Shown: positions 51,307 through 61,595 of the stretch, in pieces | How positions within the stretch are numbered: the first letter of the stretch is position 1 | Layout of the letters: each line of letters starts with the position of its first letter | Source of the DNA: Bdellovibrionota bacterium | Lineage (GTDB): Bacteria; Bdellovibrionota_C; UBA2361; CALJRW01 | Assembly (NCBI GenBank): GCA_041740355.1 | Contig: JBGSMD010000064.1 | Span: forward strand, 1 to 64,000 | Direction: 5' to 3' | Length of the DNA: 64,000 nt | Position numbers and translations under genes: made by a program | Notes under the pieces: model-generated | Databases searched by the model: none | Seen by the model: the letters and a program-made list of their open reading frames with translations, nothing else | Told to the model about the DNA's origin: nothing

Positions 51307-51822
51307 TTAAAGACAAACCTTAATAATCTCTTTTAATACTATATTTGTATCTGGCTCTGTTTTATCAGCGGCTCCTACGGCACCTGCTTTTATCAATAAT
51401 TGATTACTATGATCGGAAGAAGAAAAACCAAAAATCTTGACTAAGGGCAATTCATTTTTTAATTTTTCAACAAGTAGATTACCTTGAACTCCACCTGCTA
51501 GGGATTTATCAAGAAGAATAATATCAGGGTTTCGTCTTGCAATCATTCCAATTAAATTTTGCTCACTAACTGAAGCTTCATGAAAAATAGCACTCGCACA
51601 ATTATTAGTTGCTACAATTAGGATCGGAACCCAGTTTTCAATCCAATCACTATCATCTACCATTAAGATCTTTTTCCCTGACAAACTTTTAACTATTTCA
51701 GGATCTACCTCTGGTAATTTTAAATAACTAGCTTTGCAACCCAATTGAGCTAAATGCTCATTGATTGCCGACAATAAATCTACTATGACAGGTTTTAAAT
51801 TTGGATCTTGGAAAATTGACAT
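51307..51822 (-). CDS. Stand-alone response regulator receiver protein
   Basis: ILMVDD, IILLD (phosphoacceptor), GFSS, GAADK. Confidence 0.75.
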   Translation of the reverse strand: MSIFQDPNLKPVIVDLLSAINEHLAQLGCKASYLKLPEVDPEIVKSLSGKKILMVDDSDWIENWVPILIVATNNCASAIFHEASVSEQNLIGMIARRNPDIILLDKSLAGGVQGNLLVEKLKNELPLVKIFGFSSSDHSNQLLIKAGAVGAADKTEPDTNIVLKEIIKVCL

Positions 51823-52194
51823 CTATTTTGATTATTCTTTATCGTACAAGTTGTGAAGGATTCCCCCTATTATGTGTGATTTATTTTTTCAGCTTAAAGA
51901 TACTTAAATTATATGGATTAAAGGTGCCTAAACTGAAGCATCAACATCGGTTAAGTTGATTATATTCTAGACGACATTTAAAATTACCGTTTTAAATCAG
52001 TCGCCTAGTATATCAAGTGCGACGCTCTTGTAGGGAGTCGCTAAGGCAGAAAGGCTTGTTTTACAAGCATTTCTGCTGGGGAAAACAAATATACGAAAAC
52101 CCGATAAACAGAAAAAGCTTTAGCTTTTTTCCAAGCACTCAGGTCAAAATCTTATGGGTTTTAGTATACATTTAATACATTTGTTAAGGTATTA

Positions 52195-53262
52195 ATGTTA
52201 TTAATTATAAAAACAGAATTGCCAAAGCCTAGTGCTTCTCTGGCTCCAAAAGTAGAAAATGATAACTCGGCATCAATTCTAGACATTGCCACCTCCCCAC
52301 TTAATCGTCTTGAAATTTTACGCGAACTAAAGGTAAAGCAAGCAGACGATCCCAAAGCTCATGCTTCCACCAAATCTTCTTTAAATACATCTTCAGAAAA
52401 GATTAATCACCAGAATTCTACAAAGGAAGAAATTAAAGATAAATTTATGAAACGACGGGCTATGGGACTTAAGGGAACCCCTCCCGAGTTACGAGAAGAT
52501 TTTAAGATCAAGCAATTAATTGATAAATTATCTCCTAACGAACGTAAAAACTGGAACGATCAAGAGATTGTTACTATCACTCGCGGAGTTATCTTTGGAC
52601 TGCAAGCCTGCGGAGTTGATGAAAGTAAAATTGAAGCTGTTGCCAAGTTTGCTCTCCAAGCAATTCATGAAGATTCGGTGGTAAATCGTTTTATGGGACC
52701 GATTAAAGCCGCTTGGAATCAAATAGAGTCAGCTCCACTCGGAACTAAGCTCTTAGCACCTTTGATCATGGGTGGTGCCGTCACTATCGCCATAGCTGGA
52801 AGTATTCGGGGGTTCTTTGATAAGAATTTCGAGCAATCAGAAACTCTTGGCAATTCTGTGGGATATTATGGCTCTCCAGCAGGTGCAAGCATAATGATTA
52901 AAGCGAAACATCCGGCGGATCTTGGTTTTATTGTTGCCCATGAAGTCTGTCATATGATGCAAAATGGTAAAGAAGCACATTTTGAATATTTTTCACACGT
53001 TACTCACTCAGCTTTCCTTGATTCCAATAAAGCAGAAAAAGGATCCTTACTCTGGAGTTGGGACGATAATTTAAATGCCATAGGTGGCAAATTCACAGAA
53101 TATGAAAGATTTTTCCCACAGAGCGCCGCTGCTTCCTCCATTTTTAGGACAAGATTAATGCTCGATGGAAAAGATGCCGCCATGAAAGTCCTTCAAGAAC
53201 TTCGCGAGCTGGCCGAACCCTCTGAATTTAGAGATGTGTACGTAAAAATACGTAACAAGTAA
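52195..53262 (+). CDS. Hypothetical protein with HExxH zinc-metalloprotease motif
   Basis: IVAHEVCHMMQ; central hydrophobic helix; disordered N-terminus; start codon uncertain. Confidence 0.6.
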   Translation: MLLIIKTELPKPSASLAPKVENDNSASILDIATSPLNRLEILRELKVKQADDPKAHASTKSSLNTSSEKINHQNSTKEEIKDKFMKRRAMGLKGTPPELREDFKIKQLIDKLSPNERKNWNDQEIVTITRGVIFGLQACGVDESKIEAVAKFALQAIHEDSVVNRFMGPIKAAWNQIESAPLGTKLLAPLIMGGAVTIAIAGSIRGFFDKNFEQSETLGNSVGYYGSPAGASIMIKAKHPADLGFIVAHEVCHMMQNGKEAHFEYFSHVTHSAFLDSNKAEKGSLLWSWDDNLNAIGGKFTEYERFFPQSAAASSIFRTRLMLDGKDAAMKVLQELRELAEPSEFRDVYVKIRNK

Positions 53263-53307
53263 TTATGATCGGATGCTTTTGACTCACGTTACCAGAAGAA
53301 ATTCATT

Positions 53308-54816
53308 CTAGATAACTTTATAGAGTAAACAACTCATTTCTCTTTTTTTTGCGTCTTTGAAAATCATTTTTTTTGATAACTTAAGTCTGTCAGACTGTGC
53401 TCTGATCCAATTTTCAAATTGCTCATTACCTCTAGAATTCAAGTTCGTTACAAGATACTTAATTCCATGTTTTTTATAAACTTCGATGTTAAATTTATCA
53501 CCTTCAATTACTACCCCCGAGCGATTTGCATAATAATTTATGCTATTAAACCTGCTAACATCTGTGTAAATTCCAACCTTCGCTTGCTCCTCAGTATTGT
53601 CTGTAATCATTTTTGCACATTCTAAAACATCTGGATTTTCCTTGGTAGCTTTTAGGTATGACTTGGTACCAATACTTACATGTATTAAGAGTATTACTAT
53701 TAAAATTATCGGCTTAACTTTAACACTGCTAAGTAAAGCTGAGATTGCTCCAGATGATAAATAAAAGAATATTGGTACACCTAGTAAAAAATAATATTCA
53801 TGTTGTGGTATCTTATCTGCGACGGCGATCAAAAATAATCCTAAACATATTGTGTAAGGGAGAAACCATTCTGGCAAATTAATTTTTTGTAAGCGATTTT
53901 TAGCTAAGTAATAAATACTAAAGAGCAATAAGGCGTAGAAAGGAATCAGACCTAAAAATTTTACCAAATGTTTATAAATAGCGTAATAATATTCAGCTTG
54001 TAATAAATGCTCCAACTTTCTTAGAATATTATGAGAACTAGAGTCGTGATAACCTGGCTGGAGAGATGTCCAATAATGCCAATAAAGAACCGGCAAGCAG
54101 ACCATTAACAGACATAAACAGTTCCATACTTTTATTTTTTGTGAAATATGTCCTTTCTTTTTTAGAAGTAAAAAAAGCAGTACAGGTAAAAAAATAATTG
54201 CATAGGATTTAAAAATAGTTGCCAGAAAAAATAGCAATAATCCAAAATTCAAATCTCGACTTTTACTCTCTGGACTTAAATACCACTTATTTATGAAAAA
54301 CAATGACATAACTAGACAACTAGTCATTGCTATATCGCTCATAATTGCTTGCCCATAATACAAGATTGGGGAAGATGTAATTAGTAAAAGGTATAAAAGG
54401 TATATTTGATTTTTTTTACAATAAGGTCGTAATAACTTAACGAGGAAATAGATTAAGAGAAAAAGAAACATTATCGAAGTAAAGTGTGCTCCCAGTTCGT
54501 AGGAACCAGCAATTTTTCCTACCTTTGAACTTATCCAATGGTATAAGGGAAATTCTTCAAAGGTGTTAAACCTAGGATCATTTTCCCAAGCAAGATCTTG
54601 GACTGGTTCAATATTATAATTAACTCGTGTTACGATATCCTTTGGTGTGAAGATATTAATCTTGTTTTCGCCCAGTGCCTTTATAGTAACAAGAGTAGTT
54701 ATTTGATTCCAACTGTGTAGATAAGTGATTGGTTTAGAAGTAATTCAGTAAAATAATAAACCTGCACTTACTAGCGAAATTAACAGCAGCAACTTTAAAT
54801 AATTTTTATTTGACAT
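53308..54816 (-). pseudogene. ArnT/GT-C-like membrane glycosyltransferase with one in-frame TGA
   Basis: Frame is open from ATG 54816 except for TGA at 54747-54745; upstream part has HSWNQ.TT and EFPLY motifs and is in frame with ORF 54471-53308. Confidence 0.7.
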
Positions 54817-55138
54817 GGATTCATTCTAAAATATTTTTTAAAATCGAGTCAGTCAGTAATTTACTCAATTTTGAAATGATTTTTTAAGGCGAATTCGCAT
54901 CATATAGACATCTAAAAGGATATATTCTTAGTTGCTGAGAAAAGTTGCCTGGCTCCAAAGGAAAAGGAAAGGAAAAAAGGAAGTTAGATTTCATTAGACC
55001 TACCATGATTTAAATACCAATCAGCCATTTCCCTCAATTTCTTACTCAATACATGACATCGATCATATAACTAGATCAAGTTTGATTGTTATAAATTATG
55101 TTCATAGTTGTAAACTTTACTTTTCATTTACTTTTTGA

Positions 55139-55981
55139 GTGCGGATCATGTTAAATATATATAAATCTAGTTCATTACTTATTCCCTTATTATTAATTAT
55201 GTCATCGGCCTGCGGTGGAGATGGTGATGATGCCAGAAATGTAAGTGACCGGTGGAGTGGATCTTTAATTCAACAAAGTAATACCTGTGGAGCTCGTTCT
55301 GTAGACTCTCCCAAAATAGTAGCAGCTTCTGGAAATTTTACACACAATGTAAATCAAAATGAAGATGCGGTAGATTTGAATGATGGCAATGGTACATCTT
55401 TTTTGGGGAATGTAGTCAGTGATGATGGTTTCTCAGTTGATGCCGTAACAAGACAAGACAATAGTTTTGATATTAATGTTACCTGTGATGAATCTCAACG
55501 AATATCTTATGATGATATAAATGAAGATTCAGATACAACCGCAAATGTGACAGTAACAACTAGTAAGGAGTGTAGTGATGGAGTTCGTTGCCAGGTAGTG
55601 TCAATAGGTGTTGCAACTAGAAATAATGTTGCAAATTCGCCGAACGATGATACTGATGGGAATGATGATGATTCCGCTAATGATCGCACAAATTGTAACG
55701 ATCTTGCTGAAAGAGAGTATCGCGGAGATTCTGGTTGCAATATTGGTCAGATCACAACATCAACTAATGGCAATATTATTTTATTAAATCCACTAGGAGC
55801 TAATGGCGCTACTAGTTTTACTATCGATGCTACTGATTCTACAGAAGCAACAGCTGCTAATATGGATTTACAAATTTTAGGTGAGACTGGTTATTCCTGC
55901 TCAATTAATTGCTTAGGACAGTTAACCTTTACACTCGATTGCGTTCAGGAAGGTGGTACAGTTTGTTCAGAGAAATTTTAA
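55139..55981 (+). CDS. Cys/Asp-rich lipoprotein, unknown function
   Basis: Lipobox SSAC followed by GGDGDD, many Cys, acidic linker between two beta-rich domains. Confidence 0.75.
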   Translation: MRIMLNIYKSSSLLIPLLLIMSSACGGDGDDARNVSDRWSGSLIQQSNTCGARSVDSPKIVAASGNFTHNVNQNEDAVDLNDGNGTSFLGNVVSDDGFSVDAVTRQDNSFDINVTCDESQRISYDDINEDSDTTANVTVTTSKECSDGVRCQVVSIGVATRNNVANSPNDDTDGNDDDSANDRTNCNDLAEREYRGDSGCNIGQITTSTNGNIILLNPLGANGATSFTIDATDSTEATAANMDLQILGETGYSCSINCLGQLTFTLDCVQEGGTVCSEKF

Positions 55982-56310
55982 TGGCTATGATTATTAGGAG
56001 TCATTTATGGATACTCCAATATTTTTTTAAAAATTCAATTAGCTAATTTTAAATAAACTAGTTGAAAGAATTTTAAAAGTTAGAGGCGCCCTAACCAATA
56101 TTTAATTACGTAGTTACGGTGTCTTTAGCTTTGTTCCTCCAGTAAATATTTTATCCTCTTCCCTGAGCTCTAATTGTATTTCTTTGAGTCGTTTATGAAT
56201 TGTTTAATTAAATGAAAAGAAAGACATTTAGATACTGAAAAAAGTTGCTTAGCTCCAAAGGAAAGGAAATAGTAATGGGGATTTTTGAAGTTTTAAAATT
56301 TGTCATAAAT

Positions 56311-56923
56311 TGTGCCATGCGGTGATTTTTTGTGCAGAATTGTGCCGTCAGTGTGCCAAGAATAGGTTCTTGAGTATTTCTAAGAATTTAACCCTTTCCA
56401 TAAAGGGCTATCTCTTATTGATTTTACAAAAGAAAGAGGAATGCGAGAGGCGGGAATTTATTTAATGGAATCGCTGTGTATTTTTATGGGCTCGATTCTC
56501 GCCTAGAGCAAATGAGCCTTAGGGGCAGGCATCTTTGCTTTAGCAAAGTGATGGGGCCCGCCTGCGCTGTAAGATTTTATAAATTTGGAAGTTATTAATG
56601 AGCTACGGCGCGGTTAGTCTTTTCTAAAAGTTACCCCTCGTAAGACTTGGTCTAAACTTTTGAAAAGAACTAAAAAAGTATGCGAGAGGCGGGAATCGAA
56701 CCCGCACGAGGTTGCCCTCACAGGATTTTAAGTCTCAACCAAGCAATTTTTGACAAAAAATCACGACAGAATACAACAATAATATTAATAAGTTACACTA
56801 CTTTCCCACATTTCACTTTTTGTCAAAAATCGTCATTTTTTGTCTATCACTGTGCCGAGAGTGTGCCTGGAAATGAGATGTTTTTGGATCTAAAATAAAA
56901 ATTATTTATTTTTTAAGGCACAC
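56311..56923. mobile_element. Integrative-element attachment junction at tRNA-Leu(TAA)
   Basis: 17-bp atgcgagaggcgggaat at 56441 and 56680; tRNA 3' fragment; tgtgcc-N4-gtgtgcc direct repeats at 56341-56357 and 56851-56867. Confidence 0.7.
56681..56734 (-). pseudogene. 3' fragment of tRNA-Leu(TAA)
   Basis: GA-CTTAAAA-TCCTG TGAGGGCAACCTCGT GCGGGTTCGATTCCCGC CTCTCGCA: anticodon loop, variable arm, T arm and acceptor 3' strand present; D arm and 5' strand absent. Confidence 0.85.
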
Positions 56924-57302
56924 AGGTATTTTTTATTGTGCGTCCCCGTCCATCACAAAATAAAAATTAGATAAAATTCTTTAACTAATATTTTTCTTCA
57001 GAAAATTGAGCAAGAGTCACTACTAGTATGACTCCTGCTACTTCCCCCTCCAAGTAAAGCAAACTGCCCTGGCCTTTCTGCAAGTTCACCGCAAACCCTA
57101 GTTGTTACTAGTAGGACAAGTAAAATGTAAAATAACTCCATAATTATAAGACTTATTGAGTCGAATACCAAGCATTATATAATATCCCCCCATTAGTCGC
57201 GCCAGATCTTTATCATACGCACACCTACATAATGATGTCATACTTCGTTCCTTAGACGTAGATCCAGAAAATTCATTAGTAAGGACTGCTAGGGAAATAT
57301 AA

Positions 57303-59624
57303 ATGAGAAATTCAGCAGAAAATAAAGTCGGCGAAACGGATCCTGTATGTGGGATGAAAGTGTCAGTTGAGAATTCGAATGGCTCGACTAAATTTGATGG
57401 CAGAAACTATTACTTCTGTAGTCAAAAGTGTCAGGAGAAATTTGTTGCCTCTCCCCAAACTTACATTAACCATGAAGCACAGAAAAAAATGGAGAGTGCC
57501 AAACCTAAGTCTGGCGTAATCTTTACCTGCCCGATGCATCCACAAATTCGCCAGAGCACTCCAGGTGCTTGCCCTATTTGTGGAATGGCTCTTGAGCCAG
57601 AAGGTGCTGCTTTAGGTGATGAGAAATCAGATGAACTAAGCGATATGCTAAGACGGTTTTGGGTAAGCCTTGCATTTACCGCACCGCTTTTTATTTATTC
57701 GATGTCGTCTTTAATTCCTGGTCTTGGAATTCACAATTTATTTTCACCAAGACTTTCAATTTGGATCCAATGTGTGCTGGCAACACCTGTAGTTTTATGG
57801 GGCGGATTTCCTTTTTTTGTTCGTGCTATTGCCTCACTACGTTCAATGAAGTTAAACATGTTTACTCTAATTGGTCTCGGTATTGGAGTCGCATATTTAT
57901 ATAGTGTAATAGGAGTTATTTTCCCAGGGCTATTTCCGGCTTCAATTTTAGGAATGACTGGAGTTCCTGAAGTATATTTTGAGGCAGCTGCTGTAATTAC
58001 CACATTGGTACTTCTTGGGCAGGTACTTGAACTTAAAGCACGAAGTCAAACTAGTAGTGCAATTCGTGCTCTGCTTGAACTTGCGCCATCTCGTGCCATG
58101 AGGATTAAACCTGACGGATCAGAAGAAGAAGTTGAATTAGATGATATAAAGGTTGGCGACAAACTTCGTGTCAGACCTGGGGAGAAAATCCCAATTGACG
58201 GAAAGATACTAGAAGGTTCTAGCTCAATTGATGAATCAATGATTACTGGGGAATCACTTCCAATACAAAAAGGGATCGATGACTTAGTAATTGGTGGAAC
58301 TGTAAATAGCAGTGGTGGTTTTGTTATTGAAGCAACAAAAGCTACAAGTGATACACTCCTTTCTCGAATTGTTAAGATGGTGAGCGAAGCTCAAAGAACA
58401 AGAGCTCCTATTCAGCGCCTAGCCGACATTGTATCGGGGTACTTTGTGCCAGTAGTGATTGCCTCTTCCATCGTAACTTTTGGAGTCTGGTATTTCTTTG
58501 GACCAGAACCTGTCCTAGCTCACGCCATAGTAAATAGTGTTGCTGTTCTAATTATTGCTTGTCCTTGTGCCCTTGGACTTGCAACACCAATGTCCATTAT
58601 GGTTGGAACTGGTCGTGGCGCTCAAATGGGTATTCTTATAAAAAACGCAGAAGCACTGGAGACATTTGAGAAAGTTGACATTATTGTTGTTGATAAAACC
58701 GGTACTCTTACTGAAGGTAAACCAAAACTAATCGCTGTCGAATCTACTTCTAGTTTTAGCGAAGATGAACTGCTTCAGTTTGCTGCTTCCCTTGAGCGAG
58801 GTAGCGAACATCCACTAGCACAAGCTATAATCAATGGTGCTGAAGAAAGAAAAATAGCATTTAAAACTGTGGCGAATTTTCAATCGATCACAGGCAAAGG
58901 AATTGAAGGAGATGTTGAGCAACATAAGGTCGTAGTAGGAAACAAAAGTTTAATTGAAGATTTAAAATTAATTGAAAGAGCAGAGATCCTTAGAGCAGAG
59001 GGTCAAACTGTTATGTTTGTCTCAATAGATGGAAAGCCTTCTGGACTATTAGGAGTTGCCGATCCTATAAAAGCTACAACTGAAGCAGCAATCGAGTCTT
59101 TTCGTAAGAGTAATATTAAACTTGTGATGTTAACTGGGGATAGTAAAACGACTGCTGAGGCTATTGGGAAAAAACTTGGCATTAAAGATATTCGCGCTGA
59201 AGTTTTACCACAAGATAAATATAGAATAGTTAAAGAACTTCAGAGTCAGGGTCGAATTGTTGCAATGGCTGGAGATGGCATTAACGATGCCCCAGCACTT
59301 GCCCAAGCACAAATTGGAATTGCCATGGGGACTGGAACTGACATTGCCATGGAAAGTGCCAGTGTCACACTGGTTAAGGGAGATTTAAATGGAATCGCCC
59401 ATGCTCGAAGACTCAGTCATGCCACGATGCAAAACATTCGACAAAATCTTTTCTTTGCCTTCTTCTATAATATTTTAGGCGTTCCAATAGCAGCAGGTGT
59501 GCTGTATCCATCTTTCGGTTTACTTTTAAGTCCGATGATCGCGGCGGCGGCGATGAGTTTAAGTTCAGTTTCAGTTATTGGAAATGCCTTGCGCTTACGT
59601 GCTCTAAAGTTTGGGGGATCCTAG
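57303..59624 (+). CDS. copA: Copper/silver-translocating P1B-type ATPase with YHS and CPMHP domains
   Basis: DPVCGM..YYFCS..C (YHS), [42 protein letters not shown]. Confidence 0.93.
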   Translation: MRNSAENKVGETDPVCGMKVSVENSNGSTKFDGRNYYFCSQKCQEKFVASPQTYINHEAQKKMESAKPKSGVIFTCPMHPQIRQSTPGACPICGMALEPEGAALGDEKSDELSDMLRRFWVSLAFTAPLFIYSMSSLIPGLGIHNLFSPRLSIWIQCVLATPVVLWGGFPFFVRAIASLRSMKLNMFTLIGLGIGVAYLYSVIGVIFPGLFPASILGMTGVPEVYFEAAAVITTLVLLGQVLELKARSQTSSAIRALLELAPSRAMRIKPDGSEEEVELDDIKVGDKLRVRPGEKIPIDGKILEGSSSIDESMITGESLPIQKGIDDLVIGGTVNSSGGFVIEATKATSDTLLSRIVKMVSEAQRTRAPIQRLADIVSGYFVPVVIASSIVTFGVWYFFGPEPVLAHAIVNSVAVLIIACPCALGLATPMSIMVGTGRGAQMGILIKNAEALETFEKVDIIVVDKTGTLTEGKPKLIAVESTSSFSEDELLQFAASLERGSEHPLAQAIINGAEERKIAFKTVANFQSITGKGIEGDVEQHKVVVGNKSLIEDLKLIERAEILRAEGQTVMFVSIDGKPSGLLGVADPIKATTEAAIESFRKSNIKLVMLTGDSKTTAEAIGKKLGIKDIRAEVLPQDKYRIVKELQSQGRIVAMAGDGINDAPALAQAQIGIAMGTGTDIAMESASVTLVKGDLNGIAHARRLSHATMQNIRQNLFFAFFYNILGVPIAAGVLYPSFGLLLSPMIAAAAMSLSSVSVIGNALRLRALKFGGS

Positions 59625-59790
59625 TTTCGGCAGTTGCCAATCTAGGATTAAGAAGCCTGGTTTTAGCTAAAAGATTTCCTCTTTAGCTAGACTCTAGAGT
59701 CATCGCTCTGATTTAATCATGACCTTCATGCTCCATTTTTCCTTTTCTCCAGAGAAAATAATAATCTAGCCGATTAAAGATATCCAAATT

Positions 59791-59954
59791 ACTATAGTCA
59801 TGACAAAAAGTAATTTCCGATAGGAAATTATAAAAAAACAGCCATTACTATATCGCGACCAGCGGGCTTGCCTGCCGAAGCTTTAGCGGAGGTGGGAGCC
59901 AAAAGACAAATATAGCAAACCAAATAAAAAATAGAGTTAAACTATAGATTTATC
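59791..59954. repeat. Intergenic repeat, family C, copy 2 (carries a mini-element)
   Basis: Aligns with 9384-9517, with an extra segment at 59867-59895. Confidence 0.85.
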
Positions 59955-60296
59955 AAGACCTTCAAACGCCTGAACATCTCTGATTTATTCAAAAGATAAA
60001 GTTCTTTAATATTAAGAAAAACACTTCTTTGGGAAATTAGTTTTTGGGTTTGCTATAATATATCAGACTGTGCTTTTACCCAGAAGAAATACCATATTGG
60101 AAATGATATCATATACACGATACTTCTAAATAATTATTCTTATATTTTTATCTTACTTTTCAATGAATATAATAATTCTTATACAATTCTAAGGTAACGG
60201 CCATTGCCTTTAGTCACAGTCTTTTATTTTCTAGCTAGCAAATAATTATAGGTGTGGTTCGCCGCTTTTTTACTACCCTCACTCTTTCCTCAATCT

Positions 60297-61595
60297 TCAC
60301 AGCCAACCTCCATTAAACCCAGCCTTTCGCAAACCACTAACAAGATAAGAACACTTTCTCATTAACTCCCATAATAATCCTGTGCGATAATTTTCGATCA
60401 TCAAAACAATTGGACCTTGATTAATTCCATACTGACTAGGTGACATCCAACCATACGTCTTTCCAGTTTTGACTGGAAAAGTAGGATTGAATGATGCTTT
60501 ATAACCAAAGGTGTACTGATCTTTTAATTTGATTTCACTAATCCCAAAGTCTATGGCAGGGATAACTATTTCAGGAGCAAAGGGTAGTGAGGAAACTACC
60601 GCCCATGGAGCAAGAGTTCCGTCATCAGGTCCATAAGGCACTCCTCGCCCTTTGTAACCGAAGAATTTTCGCTGAATTCCATCTATTTTTCTTTGCTTTA
60701 TACCCGGACCATCACTAGCTGTAATTCCCCAAGAGTTGCGCCCGTAGCCTTTAAATCCTAGCGGATTATTAATAGCATATTGTTGTTGCACATAAGTAGC
60801 ACGGCGACTATTTTCAAAATAATCGCTACCCTTTTCTTTCATGTATGCGTCTTGGATGTCACGAAAATCAATCCAGATATGAGAGAGCTGATGTGTAAAA
60901 AGTGGCCCACAGTAAAGATATTCCTGGCCATAATAATTCACCCATTCGTAAGTTGAACACCATGCGGCGTAACTGCTTTCAGGTAGCGGAAATGTCGGCG
61001 AACCTAACCCAAGTACATAAAGCAACATCGCCTCATCGTAACCTCTCCATCGGTACCTTAGAAAACCTCGTTCTGGTTTCCAACCGTGAGTTACTGTGGC
61101 TGCTTTGTTTTGTGCCCATTGCCAATCAGCACGGAGATAGAGCTCATCAGCCAAAGTTCGAATCTCCTGCTCTTCTGCCGACTGATCATCAAAATAGATT
61201 CCCGCAGTTAATGCTCCCGCTAGAAAAAAACAGCTATCAACAGTGGAAAGTTCGCACTGCCAGGCACGATGCCCTGTTTGCATATCTAGAAAATGATAAT
61301 AAAAACCTTTGTAGCCAGTGGCATCAGCCTCCACTCCCTGTGGACTGTTCCAAAAAAAACGAAGTGTTGTAAGAGTCAGTTCTACTGCCGCGGCACGTGT
61401 CATATAACCACGCTTAACTGCAATAGGATACGAGGCAAGAGCGAGTCCAGTAGCAGCAATACTGGCAGGCCAATCTGTTTTAGTTTTATCCCTCACCAAA
61501 CCATTGGCGAAATTTGTTTCATTTAAAAAGTAGTTAAAAGAATCACGCTGAAGATCCTCTAACGTGCCTTCGATACTAGGCTCGACTTCAGTCAT
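60297..61595 (-). CDS. Glucoamylase-family (DUF3131/GH144-like) glycoside hydrolase
   Basis: NGLVRD, ASIAATG, GFYYHFLD, ELSTVD, GPLFTHQLSH.W.DFR, WGITASDGP, DDGTLAP, GINQGP..LMIENYR. Confidence 0.85.
   Translation of the reverse strand: MTEVEPSIEGTLEDLQRDSFNYFLNETNFANGLVRDKTKTDWPASIAATGLALASYPIAVKRGYMTRAAAVELTLTTLRFFWNSPQGVEADATGYKGFYYHFLDMQTGHRAWQCELSTVDSCFFLAGALTAGIYFDDQSAEEQEIRTLADELYLRADWQWAQNKAATVTHGWKPERGFLRYRWRGYDEAMLLYVLGLGSPTFPLPESSYAAWCSTYEWVNYYGQEYLYCGPLFTHQLSHIWIDFRDIQDAYMKEKGSDYFENSRRATYVQQQYAINNPLGFKGYGRNSWGITASDGPGIKQRKIDGIQRKFFGYKGRGVPYGPDDGTLAPWAVVSSLPFAPEIVIPAIDFGISEIKLKDQYTFGYKASFNPTFPVKTGKTYGWMSPSQYGINQGPIVLMIENYRTGLLWELMRKCSYLVSGLRKAGFNGGWL

Noticed and set aside
54745-54747. 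Genome-wide TGA recoding (Trp, Gly or Sec)
   Set aside because: TGA terminates clear genes here (cutA, purN, mnmA) and conserved genes have no internal TGA
56681-56770. Intact or intron-containing tRNA-Leu(TAA)
   Set aside because: No D arm or 5' acceptor strand nearby; tgtgcgtc at ~56937 is too short and is not followed by a D arm; no group I intron core recognised
56680-56898. 72-aa ORF MREAGIEPARGCPHRILS...
   Set aside because: Antisense translation of the tRNA-Leu fragment
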